Notes: generated from the sequence alone by a model not told the origin. A DNA stretch of 64,000 nucleotides from Octopus sinensis (GCF_006345805.1 NC_042999.1:20212001-20276000), one strand, 5' to 3'. Counted from the stretch's first letter, positions 24,840-39,504 are shown. Numbers and translations: made by a program.

Positions 24840-25720
24840 GAGTGAGAGAGCAGTGCATGCCATCAAAGTGACACTGGGGTAAAATATACGAAGCCCAATA
24901 TACCCATCATGACTACCCGTCTGATAAAGGTACACCAGGCACATGCATCACAACCATATGTGCGCGACATGGTGATCTCTTATCAAGATAAACAGCACAT
25001 GACCTTGCAGGTGGGGGCCCAGTTAGAATTTTCTTCAGGTTGAGTAGCCCATCCCGCTCAAAAGGTCCCTGAATAAGGGTTGTTTAAGGATGTTGAAAGA
25101 ACCACCCATGTTTCCAGAGGTGAATTATTCAAACCCCAAAGAATCCCTCTCAACACATGGCTATGATGCTCCCCCATTATTATTATTATTATTATTATTA
25201 TTATCATTATTATTCTGGTCACTGCCTGGAATCAAACTCGGAATCTTGAGTTTAGTGGCCCATGCACTTAACTACTATGCCATATGCCCGTGGGCAATTA
25301 CAGACTGAACTTTAGGGCTTATAAAGCTAACATTTTCCTATCCTCCCTTAATACCAGTTCCCATATGCTACTCATATCTGCACTCGGTCTGCTTAGGGGA
25401 CTGTTGTATCCTAGTATATGTACTGCTTCTTTTAGTTTTCGTATTTTCCAGTGGTGTTCTCTGTCTATTATTTTAACATCATCCCACAGGGGGATTCCAG
25501 GCAGTGACCTGAATAATAATAATAATAATAATAATAACATCGAAAAATATCTTAGGAATGAGGACGCAGCTTCAAAATTTCCCCAAGACACCTGATGAAG
25601 GCTGGAGGGTATATCAGCTGAAACATTGTGTTAACAGCAAACAAGATGAAGACAAATATCCATCAAATGTAAATAATGTAAATAATGTAAATAATTCCTC
25701 ATCTCTTAAATATAGAACTG
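24627..25720. mobile_element. PLE insertion with inverted 3' repeat, copy 2; keeps the GIY-YIG C-terminus
   Basis: Minus 25319-25492 encodes PLWDDVKIIDREHHWKIRKLKEAVHILGYNSPLSRPS..MSSIWELVLRED*, followed by the tRNA-like head, (AAT)n and hammerhead tail; inverted partial repeat at 25493-25720. Confidence 0.85.
24840..25175 (-). mobile_element. Truncated copy of the (AAT)n-inserted element
   Basis: Aligns with 4676-5013; flanked by ATT repeats. Confidence 0.8.
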
Positions 25721-26009
25721 TAGGCTTCCATATAGTTTCCATCAAATACATTTACGAGGCACTTGTCAGTCTCAGAGCTGGAATCAAAAACACTTGCTCA
25801 TGGTGCTGGACAGTGGGAATGAACCTGCAGACACATAGTTGCAAAGCAAGACATTTAACCACACAGCCATGCCCGTGTATAGACTATTATTAGAAACTGC
25901 AGCACCAATACAACACTTGTATCAGGGGTTTTCATCAGAATTGTGCATGAGGTGATAGATTGCCCCATGGTTATGGGACCAAAAATTAACTCACCAATTG
26001 AATTTGTAG

Positions 26010-26407
26010 CTGTGATACCAGTGCTGATAGCATGTAAGAGAACCATCCGAACGTGACCATTGTCAGCGCCACCCCGACTGGCCTCCGTGCTGGTGGCACG
26101 TAAAATGCACCATCCGATTGTTGCCGTTTGCCAGCCTCATCTGGCACCTGTGCAGGTGGCACGTAAAAAGCACTAGCCGATCGTAGCCGTTTGCCAGCCT
26201 CGTCTAGCACCTGTGCAGGTGGCACGTAAAAAGCACCCACTACACTTATGGAGGGGTTGGGGTTAGGAAGGGCATCCAGCTATAGAAACACTGCCAGATC
26301 AGACTGGTGCCTGGTGCAGCCTTCTGACTTCCCAGACCCCAGTTGAACCGTCCAACCCATGCTAGCATGGAAAACGGACGTTAAACGAGGATGATGATGA
26401 TGATGAT
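26010..26407 (+). mobile_element. RTE 3'UTR fragment with ~61-bp internal tandem units
   Basis: GGTGGCACGTAAAA repeated at about 26095, 26158 and 26219; (GAT)n tail. Confidence 0.88.
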
Positions 26408-26934
26408 TAGAACTCCGGATTAGAATTCAGATAAGTGATAGCATCATATTGAGGATCTTGCCAATTCCCTTCCCATGATCCTTTTTTTCCCCGCATCACC
26501 TTTACGCTTCCAATATTTTTTGACAGTATACTTTCAATGATTTTTGTTAAGTGCTGTGTGATAAGCTAAGTGTGTGGGTTCATACATTATTGCTAAGATT
26601 GTGGTTCTATTGAAAAGAATGAGAATTTCAGAAAGAAAGGAAATAAGGAAATAAACATAAAGCAAAAGAAAAAATTAAGAAAGCAAAACAAAATAACAGA
26701 GAGAGAGAGAGAAATTGTTTTACATTTCAATTAACTTATGGCCGCATTCTGGTATTTCCACAGTTTGTCTTTCTTTAAATCTATTTGCGAGGCAAAGAAC
26801 AACAGCGATGATAAAGAATAGTGCTGATTAAACATACGCACATACACACACAGACAAACACACACACACAGACAAACACACACACACACGCTCACAAACA
26901 TGTGCACACACATATACATGCATTAATACATACA

Positions 26935-26941
26935 TGTCTAT

Positions 26942-26972
<31 letters not shown>

Positions 26973-27048
26973 AATGTGAGTGTGTGAGTGTATATATATA
27001 TGTATATATATTTACGAAGTTTTTCATATATTTATATATGCATATTCC

Positions 27049-27089
<41 letters not shown>

Positions 27090-27490
27090 CTATGTATATA
27101 TATATCAGTGTGTGTGTGTGTACATGTATATGAATTTATGTGCATATGTATGTAAGTCTATTTGTGTATCTATCTAGCTATTTATCTTTCTATCTATATA
27201 TATATATGTATGTGTGTGTGTGTACATATATATGTATATATATATGTATATATATATATAATATATATATATATGTATATATATATATATGTATATGTAT
27301 ATATATATGTATATGTATATATATATGTATATGTATATATACATATATATATATGTATATATATATGTATATAAATATGTATATAAATATGTGTATATAT
27401 GTATATAAAGATGTGTATATATGTATATATATATGTATATAAGTATGTGTATATATGTATATAAATATATGTATGTATGTATGTACACAT
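26935..27490. repeat. Compound TA/TG microsatellite
   Basis: Direct reading; similar tracts at 27930-28240, 34930-35025 and 37870-38115. Confidence 0.97.
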
Positions 27491-27975
27491 ACTCACTTAC
27501 TGCCAGCGAGTCTCAGTATAGATTGAAAAATTTCCCAATAGAATAGTTCAAATTTTCTCTGAAGAACTCTTTTAGGAAGAAGAACAAACCAAAATTTTCA
27601 ATAATGTCTATAATAATGCTTTGGTGATCAGTTTTACACTGTTTGATTGATAGCAATCTATTAAGAATCAATATCAGACACCTTTATATTAGATTTCTCG
27701 GTACATGTACCAATTTACCGAGTTGCAATAAATGCATGCCAATAATGTCTCTACTTGTATCGGAGTGTGTGTCAGTGTGTGTGAGTGTATATTAATGCAA
27801 GGATACGTATGTATCTGCGCTAATGCTGTGTTTGTGTATACATGAATGTGGATATGCCGTTTGTGTGTGAAACGTATGTCAATTTTTTTGTGACACAAAT
27901 TACGTGTTTAATAATGTGTGTTTTGTGTGCGTGTGTGTGTATGTATATATGTATATATATATATATATGTATATA

Positions 27976-28046
<71 letters not shown>

Positions 28047-28078
28047 GTATATTATATATATATGTATATATATATATG

Positions 28079-28116
<38 letters not shown>

Positions 28117-28118
28117 TG

Positions 28119-28157
<39 letters not shown>

Positions 28158-28803
28158 GTATGTATGTATGTATATATATATATGTATATATATATATATG
28201 TATGTATGTATATATATATATGTATATATATATATGAGCATGTGAATATACATTTTTTTTGCATATATGTTAGTGTTTATGTATGCTTACATTTATGTGT
28301 GTATGTGTGAGAATGCATGCATGTGTGTGTAATCATATGTGTATATATATATATATATGTGTGTGTGTATACACATATATATATGCAACACACACATATG
28401 CACGCACAGATATACATTTACCTAACATAGACCGATATAATTTACACTTGCCAATAAAATTCTGAACACAGTATTATAATGTCTTGTTTAATAGTGATCA
28501 CCATGCTCACTTTCTCTTTCTCTCTCTCTCTCTCTCTCTTCTCTTTCACACATTCTCTCTCTCCCTCTCTGTGTCTTCTCTCTCATGCATTCTCTCTCTC
28601 TCTCTCACACTCTATCTTTCTATTTCTTTATTTCACATATCTACATGCATCTACTTGAAAGCATATAATTTATTCACTTCAAGAAAATTACTATTTTCAA
28701 TTTAGACTTACTATTCTGGGCTTTATACCAGTTTATCTATTATTAACCCTTATGACTTTAAGTGGTGCTCAAATAATTTCTAATTCTACCTCATTAGAAA
28801 ACA

Positions 28804-28906
<103 letters not shown>

Positions 28907-28916
28907 ACATATAAGT

Positions 28917-29143
28917 CGGTGAGCTAGCAGAACCTTTAGCATGCCAGGCGAAATGCGTAACCATATTTCGTCTGCCGTTACATTCTGGGTTCAAATTCTG
29001 CCGAGGTCGACTTTGCTTTTCATCCTTTCGGGGTCGATAAATTAAGTACCAATTACGCACAGGGGTCGATGTAATCAACTTTATCCATTTGTCTGTCCTT
29101 CTTTGTCCCCTCTATGTTTATCCCCTTGTGGGTAATAAAGAAA
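28917..29143 (+). mobile_element. tRNA-headed SINE family C (Meta/MESC-like central domain)
   Basis: GAGGTCGACTTTGC.TTTCATCCTTTCGGGGTCGATAAA.TAAGTACC; domain name from recall, not verified. Confidence 0.8.
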
Positions 29144-29408
29144 CATATACATATATCAGGGATGACCTCTAAGTGGACATCCATTATGCTAGAAGTAGAC
29201 CCCCTATGGTCTTACTACTAAGAAAGGATTGTTCTCAAGAAAATTTAGCAAATGCCAGAATGTAAGCAAGTAGTGGTCATCCCTCTTATATGTATGAAAT
29301 ATAATTTTCCTGAATCTTCAGATTTTTCAATATGCTAGACCACTGGTTTTAAATTGATATTAATCAAATTAATATTCAATTTTTCACCCTTATTATTTTA
29401 AATTTATA

Positions 29409-29460
<52 letters not shown>

Positions 29461-29564
29461 ATATATAATATATATACATATATATTTGAATATGCGACTG
29501 TGTGTGTATCATTGGTGATTTTCTTTCTCCATCTTCTCTTCCTTGGACTTTTCCTTTTTTTATA

Positions 29565-29597
29565 TTTCTGACGAAGAGCTCCACTCGAAATGTTAAA
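29565..29597 (+). ncRNA. Minimal hammerhead-like motif in a PLE-type 3' fragment
   Basis: TTT-CTGACGA-A-GAG-ctcca-CTC-GAAA-TGTT/AAA; C-to-T change at position 15.2. Confidence 0.55.
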
Positions 29598-29698
29598 CCT
29601 TTCTTCTTTCTTTCCTTTCCTGAGTGTCCAATAAAACTATACTTGTTCCACGTCCTTGCTTTGCTCTGTTTTTCCTTTGTTCATGTTTGGATTAACTA

Positions 29699-32600
29699 TA
29701 TCATCATCATCATCATCATCGTTTAGCGTCCGTTTTCCATGCTAGCATGGGTTGGACGGTTCTACTGGGGTCTGTGAAGCCAGAAGGCTTCATCAGGCCC
29801 AGTCAAATCTGGCAGTGTTTCTACGGCTGGATGCCCTTCCTAACGCCAACCACTCCGTGAGTGTAGTGGGTGCTTTTTACGTGCCACCCGCACTGGGCCA
29901 GACAGAGCTGGCAAACGGCCACGAACGGATGGTGCTTTTTATGTGCCACCGGCACGAGGGCCGGCGAGGCTGGCAGCGGACACAAAACGGGGCCGGTGCT
30001 GGCAACGGTCGCGAAATGGAAAGTTCTCTTACATGCCACCGGCACTGGTAACACATCTGCAATTTCCATGATCGATTTCCATTGATCGATTTCGATTCTG
30101 ATCGTCACTTGCCTCAACGGGTCTTCACAAGCAGAGTTTTGACATGCCACAGGCACTGGTAGCACATCCGCAATTTCCATTGATCGATTTCGATTCTGAT
30201 CCTCACTTGCCTCATCACGTCTTCACAAGTAGAGTTTTGTGTCCCAAGAAGGGAAGGTATGCATACGTAGGCTGGCTCCATCCCATGTAGAAGACCACGG
30301 GTTATGGACTCACTTGTCCTGCCGGGTCTTCTCGCGCACAGCACACTTCCAGAGGTCTCGGTCTCTAGTCATTTCCTCAGTGAGACTTAAAGTTCGAAGG
30401 TCGTGCTTCACCACCTCGTCCCAGTTTTCCTGGGTCTGCCTCTTCCACAGGTTCCCTCAACCGCTAGGGTGTGGCACTTTTTCACACAACTATCTTCATC
30501 CATTCTCGCCACATGACCATACCAGCGCAAACGTCTCTCTTGCACACCACAACTGATGCTTCTTAGGTCCAGCTTTTCTCTCAAGGTACTTACACTCTGC
30601 CGAGTGTGAGTACCGGCATTACACATCCATCGGAGAACTGGCTTCATTTCTAGCGAGCTTACGCATATCCTCAGCAGTCACGGCCCATGTTTCACTGCCA
30701 TGTAGCATGGCTGTTCGTACACACGCATCATACAGTCTGCCTTTCACTCTGTGCGAGAGGCCTTTTGTCACCAGCAGAGGTAAGAGCTCTCTGAACTTTG
30801 CCCAAGCTATTCTTACTCTAGCAGTTACACTTTCAGCACACCCGCCCCCGCTGCTGACTTGGTCACCTAGGTAACGGAAACTATCAACTATTTCTAGTTT
30901 TTCTCTCCTGGAAAGTGACGGAAGTTGGTCTCAGAGCATTTTCAGTGTTTATTGTTCCTGAGCATCTGCCACATACAAAAACCATCTTCCTAGTTAGCCT
31001 TCCTTTGACATTGCTGCATCTCTTATGTGTCCATAGCTTACACTTGGTGCATCTTATAGAGTTTCTACCTACACCTTTTCTACAGATCGAGCAGGGCCAT
31101 CTACCTGAAGGTGTTTGTGATTTGTCTACCTTCCTACTGATTACGACTTTGGTTTTAGCTAGATTGACTCTGAGGCCCTTCGATTCTAATCCTTGTTTCC
31201 ACACCTGAAACTTCTCCTCCAGTTCTGATAGCGACTCAGCAATTAGAGCAAGGTCATCAGCATAGAGGAGCTCCCAGGGCATCCTGTCTTGAATTCCTCC
31301 GTTATTGCCTGGAGGACTATGATAAATAGGAGGGGGCTGAGTACTGAGCCTTGGTGGACTCCTACCTCTACCCGGAATTCTTCACTGTACACATTTCCAA
31401 CCCTCACCCTACTAGCGGCGTCCCTGTACATGGCCCGCACAGCTCTCACTAACCATTCATCTATCCCTAGTTTCCTCATTGCCCCCACCAGATAAGGGAT
31501 CGGGGGACCCTGTCGAAGGCTTTCTCCATGTCAACAAAAGCCAGGTACAGGGGCTTATCTTTGGCTAGGTATTTCTCCTGCAGCTGCCTTACCAGGAAAT
31601 AGCATCAGTATTACTTTTCCCTGGCACAAACCCAAACTGCATCTCATCTAAACTAACTCTCTCTCTAATTAGTTGGGCTATGACCCTCTCCGTAACCTTC
31701 ATCACCTGGTCCAACAGCTTGATACCTCTGTAGTTATTTGTATCTAGGGCATCACCTTTACCTTTGTAGCAGTTGACTATTATACTGCTACACACCAGTC
31801 ATTGGGTATGACCCCTTTGTGTATCACCTGATTAACTATACGGGTGACTAGGCTATAGCCGACACTACCAGACATTTTGAGCATCTCTGCAGTGATTCCT
31901 GATGGGCCTGGGGCTTTCCCTGTCTTCATGCTTCTAATTGCCTTAGCTACCACGGAACTATCAACTCGGATAGCTGGTCCCTCTGTTGGGTCAACATTCG
32001 GCAGACTCTCTTTATCCCATTCATTTTCTTCATTCAGCAACCTTTCATAGTGGCATCTCCAAACCTCTCTCTTTGCATCCTCATTTAGTGCAAGTGAACC
32101 ATCCTCCATGCGAACACACTTCTCTCCTACCACATCACGATTCTCTCTTACACACTGTCTTGCAACACGAAACACCTCCAGTCTTTGGTCCTCACGGCGC
32201 AGAACATTGGCAAATTTTTTCTTATCTGCTTCCCCTCTGGCTAAATAAACCTGTCTCCTAGCTTCTCTTTTGGCAGTCTGATACAATCCCCTGCTACCCC
32301 CATTTTTCCAGACCTTCCAAGCCTGTCTCTTTTCTCTAATAGCCCTGTCTACAATATTGTTCCACCACCACGTTATTCTAGGTCGAGAGGGGACTTTGCA
32401 CCAGCCACAGATCTGGTCAGTGGCTCTCAGCAGGTTGTCCCTTAGAAACGTCCACTGTCTTCTTCTACCCCCTGTGATGCTCTATCCCCTTCTACTTCGT
32501 CAGAGGCTTCAAGTAATATGTCCCTAAATCTCTGTCCATTTGCAGGATCTTTAAGCTTCCAGATCCTTCTTCTCCATATTTGTCGTCTTCTGGTTGTCCT

Positions 32601-33700
32601 CCTAGTCCTGATCCTAAAGTCACTAACTACCAGTCTATGTTGTGGGGTACATTCTTCACCTGGGAAGGTTTTGGCATTTATAAGCAGCCATCTCTCCCTT
32701 TGCTTGTAAGGATGTAGTCAATTTGGCTGGTATGTTGGCCCGATTGGTAAGTGACTAGGTGGCTGGTAGGTTTCCTGAAGTTAGTGTTGCAAATCATAAG
32801 ATTATTTGCATCGCAGAACTCCAGCAGCCTGGTTCCCTCCTCGTTGCGGGAGCCATAGCCATAGCCTCCATGTATGCCATGGAAGCCCCCAGCATGTCGT
32901 CCAACGTGACCATTGAAGTCACCAGCCACAAAGATAAGGTCTCTGTCGTTCGTCAACGAGGTAGTCTGCAGTAGAGTGTCATAGAATCGGTCTTTCTGTC
33001 CATCGGGTAGCCCCGACTGAGGAGCATAGGCTGATATAATGGTTGCTAAACTATGATGAAGCACTAATCTAATCTTAAGTATTCTGTCACATACTCTGAT
33101 TACCTCAATTACTTTATCTACCCATTTCTCAGCATAAGTATACCCACACCACCAACCCCGTCAGTGTTCCCTGCCCAGAAAATCTTGTACCTGCGTTCCT
33201 TGCCTGTGAGGAACCTAGCTGATCCTCCTCTCCACCTTATTTCTTGCATGCAACATATATCCACACATCTCCGTTCAAGCATCTCGACTATCTCACCAGA
33301 CCTACCTTTCAGAGTGCCAACGTTGAGGGTGCCAACCCTGAGGGTGTGGGAGGCATGGGCTCTAGAGACCCTGGGACGGTGGACAGTAGCTTCGTGTACC
33401 TGAAAAGAAAGCTCGCATTTGGCAGAATTCATGTGCAAGAAATGAAGTAGTAAAGTAGCCTTCAGTACAACCTGCATAACGCTAGCCTTTCATATTTTGC
33501 ACTGTATGAACATTACCTTACATAGGTCGAGACTAGGGGTAGGGAGGGGTAGGGAGGGGTAGGGATGGTGAGAACATTTGCAGTCTTCATGGGAAGCAAC
33601 CCCGGAATGGCAGAGAATAGGAACTTCCGGCATGCGTGGTGGGGGTGGGAGGGCGGGTGCACCGTGTCTGAGTAAAGATGTTCTGTTAATCGTATGAGCT
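29699..33700 (-). mobile_element. Near-full-length RTE-clade LINE (APE endonuclease plus RT), frameshifted
   Basis: GTLNVGTLKGRSGE...MQEIRW (APE); SAYAPQ, GDFNGHVG, SQIDY; NNYRGIKLL, VHQGSVLSPLLF, LLYADD; RRLRWYGHV; ORF stop at 30310; ~600-bp 3'UTR and (GAT)n tail. The ORF is split over at least 7 frames. 5' boundary uncertain (33.7-34.2 kb). Confidence 0.95.
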
Positions 33701-34224
33701 AGCAAATGGGTTTGTATGAATCGGGAGACAACACTAAACGAAAAATTGAAAAATCAGAGTGGCTATGAACCTGTAGACAAGTCTAAACGAAAAAAAATGT
33801 TTGAGCTAGACAGGGTAATGAGGGAATACTGAAAGAATGAGGGACAATACAATGAGATGGAAATTGAAGAATAGAGAAAGAATAAGAATAAGTGCAAGAA
33901 AGAAGGTAGTCGTAGCGAGGTTGGACGATTCACTTAACTTTTAGCCATTCATGATCTGTGCGTATTCTTTAGATATTTTGAAGCGAGTGGGGTTAACGAT
34001 AAATGCGATCGCTCTTTTATATATGGCGATGATGGTTTTGGGAAGGGGGGGGGGCATAGAGAACCATGGCGATGATGGTTATGGGAAGGGGGGACATAGA
34101 GAGAGAGAGATAGGGTTAGTTAGAGAGAGAGGTCAAGGGACACGTGACAATAAGCGGTGTGAGGGAATTTGACTGGGGACGGCATTGTCGATAATTAAAC
34201 ATTAGATAAATAGGTTTGACTCGT

Positions 34225-34575
34225 CATGATCGTTTAACGTCCGTTTTCCATGCTAGCATGGGTTGGACAGTTCGACTGGGGTCTGGGAACCCAGGAGGCT
34301 GCACCAGGCTCCAGTCTGATCTGGCAGTATTTCTACAGCTGGATGCCCTTCCTAATGCCAACCACTCCATGAGTGTAGTGGGTGCTTTTTACGCGTCACC
34401 GACACAGGTGCCAAGGGAGTCTGGCAGCGGCCACGATCGGTTGGTGCTTTTTACGTGCCACCAGCACAGAAGCCAGTCAAGGCGGCATTGGCATCGGCCA
34501 CGTTCAGATGGTGCTTTTTACGTGCCACCGGCACAGAAGCCATTCGAGGCATCACTGGCATTGGCTGGCGCTGGC
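34225..34575 (-). mobile_element. RTE 3'UTR fragment
   Basis: Same tail as 29699. Confidence 0.88.
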
Positions 34576-34957
34576 TATATATATATATAAACATATTATC
34601 ATTAATTAAAATCTTAGGGTAGCAAGAATATTCCTTGAAAAATTCGTAGTTACCAGTGGCCTAGCGAGAAAGAAAAAATTAGTCAATAGACTATATATTA
34701 TTCAAAGAAGAATACAGTGTACGTTCAAACACAAAAGAGATGCCCGAAGAATAGAATAACAATTGGTGGCTTGGAGTTTTAACTGCTCTTTCTAGTGAGT
34801 CAGATATTCTATTCTTCGTGTATCTCTTTTCTGTTTGAACATATATATAAACATAGATAGATAAATAGATAGATATGTGGATGTGTAGATATTTCTAATC
34901 TACCTCATTTCTCATTAGAAATATATCTATCTATTTATATATATGTATGTATGTAAG

Positions 34958-35024
<67 letters not shown>

Positions 35025-35649
35025 AGAATGAGAGAGAGAGAGAGAGATAAATAAGTAAATGGATACTAATACATATATACCTACATGCAGTCATACATTA
35101 ATATATATTCTGATGTTATATAAGCTTGGTTTCTAACTAATACTATTTACATTTTGCTGTCGTTTTAATGTCATGAAGCGCCCAGCTTTGGTTGTAAATT
35201 TACCAGGAACCTAAGACATAAATTTATACAAACCAATCTCCAAATCTTTAATACAAAACAGCATGGTATCTTCCACAGTATAAAGTAACTATATTACAAG
35301 GACCTAATAAAAAGTTGTGGCTACATAAATGCATGAAGTACTTTTACTCTGGCAGGAAATATTGATAACATATCTTTCAGATAGTTTAAATTTTATTTGT
35401 TATAATGTAGCAGCTATATAGGCTGCATGAGTAAGAAGTTTGCTTCCCAAACATATGGTTTCAGTTTCAGTCTCACTGAGTATCAACAGGGGCACGTATC
35501 TCCTGTTGTCAGCACCGGACTGACAAAAACCTTGGGAATGGATTTAGTTGACAAAAAGTAAAGGAATTTTTACATGTGAGTGAGTGTGTGTGTGTGTGTG
35601 TGCATGTATGAGTGTATTATGAAATTATGACTGCTAAGACCCAACAAAT

Positions 35650-36125
35650 GAAGTGAGTTCATGGCTCGCAGGATGGCCAGCTGTAATAACCTTGGATTGT
35701 AGAGTGACCTGCTTTACTTCAAGAGACCTATTGAGTTCAGTACATCAACACCAAAATAAAAATCAAATGGAAATTGTAGTTTTGATACCCATGTCGGTGG
35801 AACATAAAAAGCACCGTCCTAACGGGTCTGATGCTAGCACCGCCTTGACTGGTGTCCGTGCCAGTGACACATAAAAGCACCAACTGATCGTGATCATTGC
35901 CAGCCTCCTCTGGCCCCTGTGCCGGTGGCACATAAAAAGCATCCACTACACTCACGGAGTGGTTGGTGTTAGGAAGGTGTTAGGAAGGTGTTAGGAAGGG
36001 CATCCAGCTGTAGAAACACTGCCGGATCAGACTGGAGCTTGGTGCAACCTACTGGATTCTCAGACCCTGGTCGAACCGACCAACCCATTCTAGCATGGAA
36101 AACGGACGTTAAGCGATGATGATGA
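35650..36125 (+). mobile_element. RTE 3'UTR fragment
   Basis: Tail GGAAAACGGACGTTAAGCGATGATGATG. Confidence 0.85.
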
Positions 36126-36269
36126 TCATCATCATCATGTCACATAAATGCAAATGTATTGTACAAATTTGTAATTAAATCATTGAATATTAATTGAAAT
36201 GGCTGTAAGAAGCGAAGATGACCAATTTGTGAATAATAAATAATTAACTTCTTAATCTCTATTTTCTCA

Positions 36270-36630
36270 GGCATGGCTGTATGATAATAAGCTTGCATTC
36301 CACCACATGGTTCTGGATTCAGTCCACTGCCTTGGGCCAGCCAAAGTTTTGTGAGTGGATTTGGTAGATGGAAACTGAAAGAAGTCCATTGTATATGTAT
36401 ATATATGTGTGTGTGTGTTTGTTATTTGTGTCTATGTTTGTCCCCCCGCCATTGCTTGACAACCGATGTTGGTGTATTTACATCCCTGTAACCTAGCGGT
36501 TCGGCAGAGAAAATTGCAGAATAATTACAAGGCTTACAAAGAATAAGTCCTGGGGTCAATTTGTTCAGCTAAAGGTGGTGCTCCAGCATGGCCGCAGTCA
36601 AATGACTGAAACAAATAAAAGAATATATTT
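36270..36630 (+). mobile_element. SINE family A with an extra tail fragment to about 36835
   Basis: Similarity to 588-1013. Confidence 0.82.
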
Positions 36631-36861
36631 ATGTTTCTTTGTGTGTGTGTTTCCCCCCTACCCACCCAATATCACTTGAAACCTGATGTTGGTGTGTTTA
36701 CTTCCCCATAACTTAGCAGTTTGGCAAAAGATATCAATGGAATAAGTCCTGAGGTTGATTTTTTTTCGACCAAAAGGTGGTGCTCCAGCATGGCCACAGT
36801 CAAATGACTGAAACGAATAGAACAATAAAAGAATATATATATATATATTTATAGATATGCA

Positions 36862-36896
<35 letters not shown>

Positions 36897-37175
36897 GCTA
36901 TGTTTGCATATATGTGAAACCCAGCTGTATCCTCATTGAAGCACTTCTGCTTATTCCATTATTACAATCCAATATGTAGCTTCTATTGTTGCTGTATATG
37001 TACAAACAACATATTAAAGTTGAAAAAACTGGAAATGTTATTTGCAGAATGATTGTGTAACAAAAATGGAAGCTGGAAATTTTATTGGTATTATTTACAA
37101 TTACATGTTTCATTTGCTCAACACACTGCACCCCCCCATACACGTACACACATACATAAATATATATATGATATT

Positions 37176-37217
<42 letters not shown>

Positions 37218-37539
37218 TGTATATACATAGATATGTGTGTGTGTGTATACATATATATATATTTGTATACACATTTGAAATGAAGAGTAGATAGACTGCC
37301 GACAACTGATGAAGGGTCCTTTCTCTGTGTTAACTTGTCCTGTTTTCCATTTTTTCCCGTGATTATGTATTTCATTCATTTTTCCTTCGTTTGTTCATGT
37401 ATTTCATGTTATTCACACTGTTAGTGACATCCTATACCCATATATGTACCATCAAATGGAAATTGTATTTGTGATACTTGTCTCATTTACTTGAGCACTT
37501 CTAAAGCGGTCCTATTAACCATTTTGTTCCTAATAAGAA

Positions 37540-38106
<567 letters not shown>

Positions 38107-39063
38107 TAATATAATATGCTATACACACACAGAGGCACTTGAGCTCCACTCCAGTTGATTTTGAACCCAAGAACTTTGATTTCCTCCCATGTACACTTTT
38201 GAAGAATTATTTTTTGGTTTACAAAAAAATCAACCAAAATCAAAAAAGCCAGAATGGAAAAAATAAACTTCGGTCAGCGTCCAAAAAAATGTTTACATAA
38301 ATTCATGAATATTACTTTCCTTTGTTTTTATTGAAAGAATAAGGAATGAATTGTATTCAAACACTTTAAAGAATTCAGGAAAAAACTTTTAAACCTTTTG
38401 AATAATCTGATTCTAAATCTTCTAATGCATTTGCTTAACGAAATATTTGAATTAAGCCTGATTAAAGTTTTCAGTAGTTGCAGAGGATAAGTCATTTAGA
38501 ACAAATCAATTTAACTGACAAGATAAATCATTAAATACCCTAATTTTTCCTATTAGTTATTCAGTAAGTGACAAGTGTAGAGATAAATTGGTAAGCTTCC
38601 CTGTAAGTGGTGACTAAGAATAGGTTTCAATTTTTTACATTGAAATATTCCAGTTCTCTCTTTAATGTACAGTTAAACTTAGAAAAGTCACAAACGTGAA
38701 TACACACACACACACACACACAATTACACACACGTGTGTGTGTGAATTTTTAGTACATTTTATCTTTTGCCTTAATCCAGTGGTTGCCAACCTGGGATCT
38801 GCAAATATAGTACTGGAAGTCCATGAACTAAATTTAAAACTTCATATGTATGTATATATATATATAATATATGTATGTATATATATATGTATGCTTGTAT
38901 GTATGTATACTTGAAATAATATAGGGTAGCAACATTTTATAAATTTCTTTTTTACCAGTGGCCTAGCATGTATAAAATGTCAATAGACAACATATTTTCC
39001 ATATGAAATTAGTGTTCATTATCTTAATGTTTGGCTTACCCACTGATAAGAACTTTACCTAGC

Positions 39064-39110
<47 letters not shown>

Positions 39111-39121
39111 TTATATATGTA

Positions 39122-39504
39122 TTCTTTTTCTTTTATTTGTTTCAATTATTTGACTGCAGTCATGCTAGAGCACTGCCTTTAGTTGAAATAATCGACCACC
39201 AGGACTTATTCTTTGTAAGCCTAGTACTTATTCTATCAGTCTCTTATGCTGCACCACTAAGTTACAAGGATGTAAACACACCAGCATCACTTGTCAAGTG
39301 GTGGTGGGTGACAAACGCACACACACTCACGCACACACACATATGTGCGACAGGCTTCTTTCGGTTTCTGTCTACCAAATCCACTCATAAGGCTTTAGTT
39401 GACCCTGGGTTATAGTAGAAGACACTTGCCCAATGTGCCATGCAGTGGGACTGAACCATGTGGTTTTATAAGCAAGCTACTTACCACACAGCCACTCCTG
39501 TGCC
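39122..39504 (-). mobile_element. SINE family A
   Basis: Reverse-complement copy. Confidence 0.85.

Noticed and set aside
26080-26240. Regularly spaced GGTGGCACGTAAAA motifs resembling a CRISPR array
   Set aside because: The intervening sequences are homologous to each other, the array is part of the RTE 3'UTR, the context is eukaryotic and no cas genes are present.
37300-37330. CTGATGAAGG half-hammerhead
   Set aside because: No downstream GAAAC or stem II partner was found.
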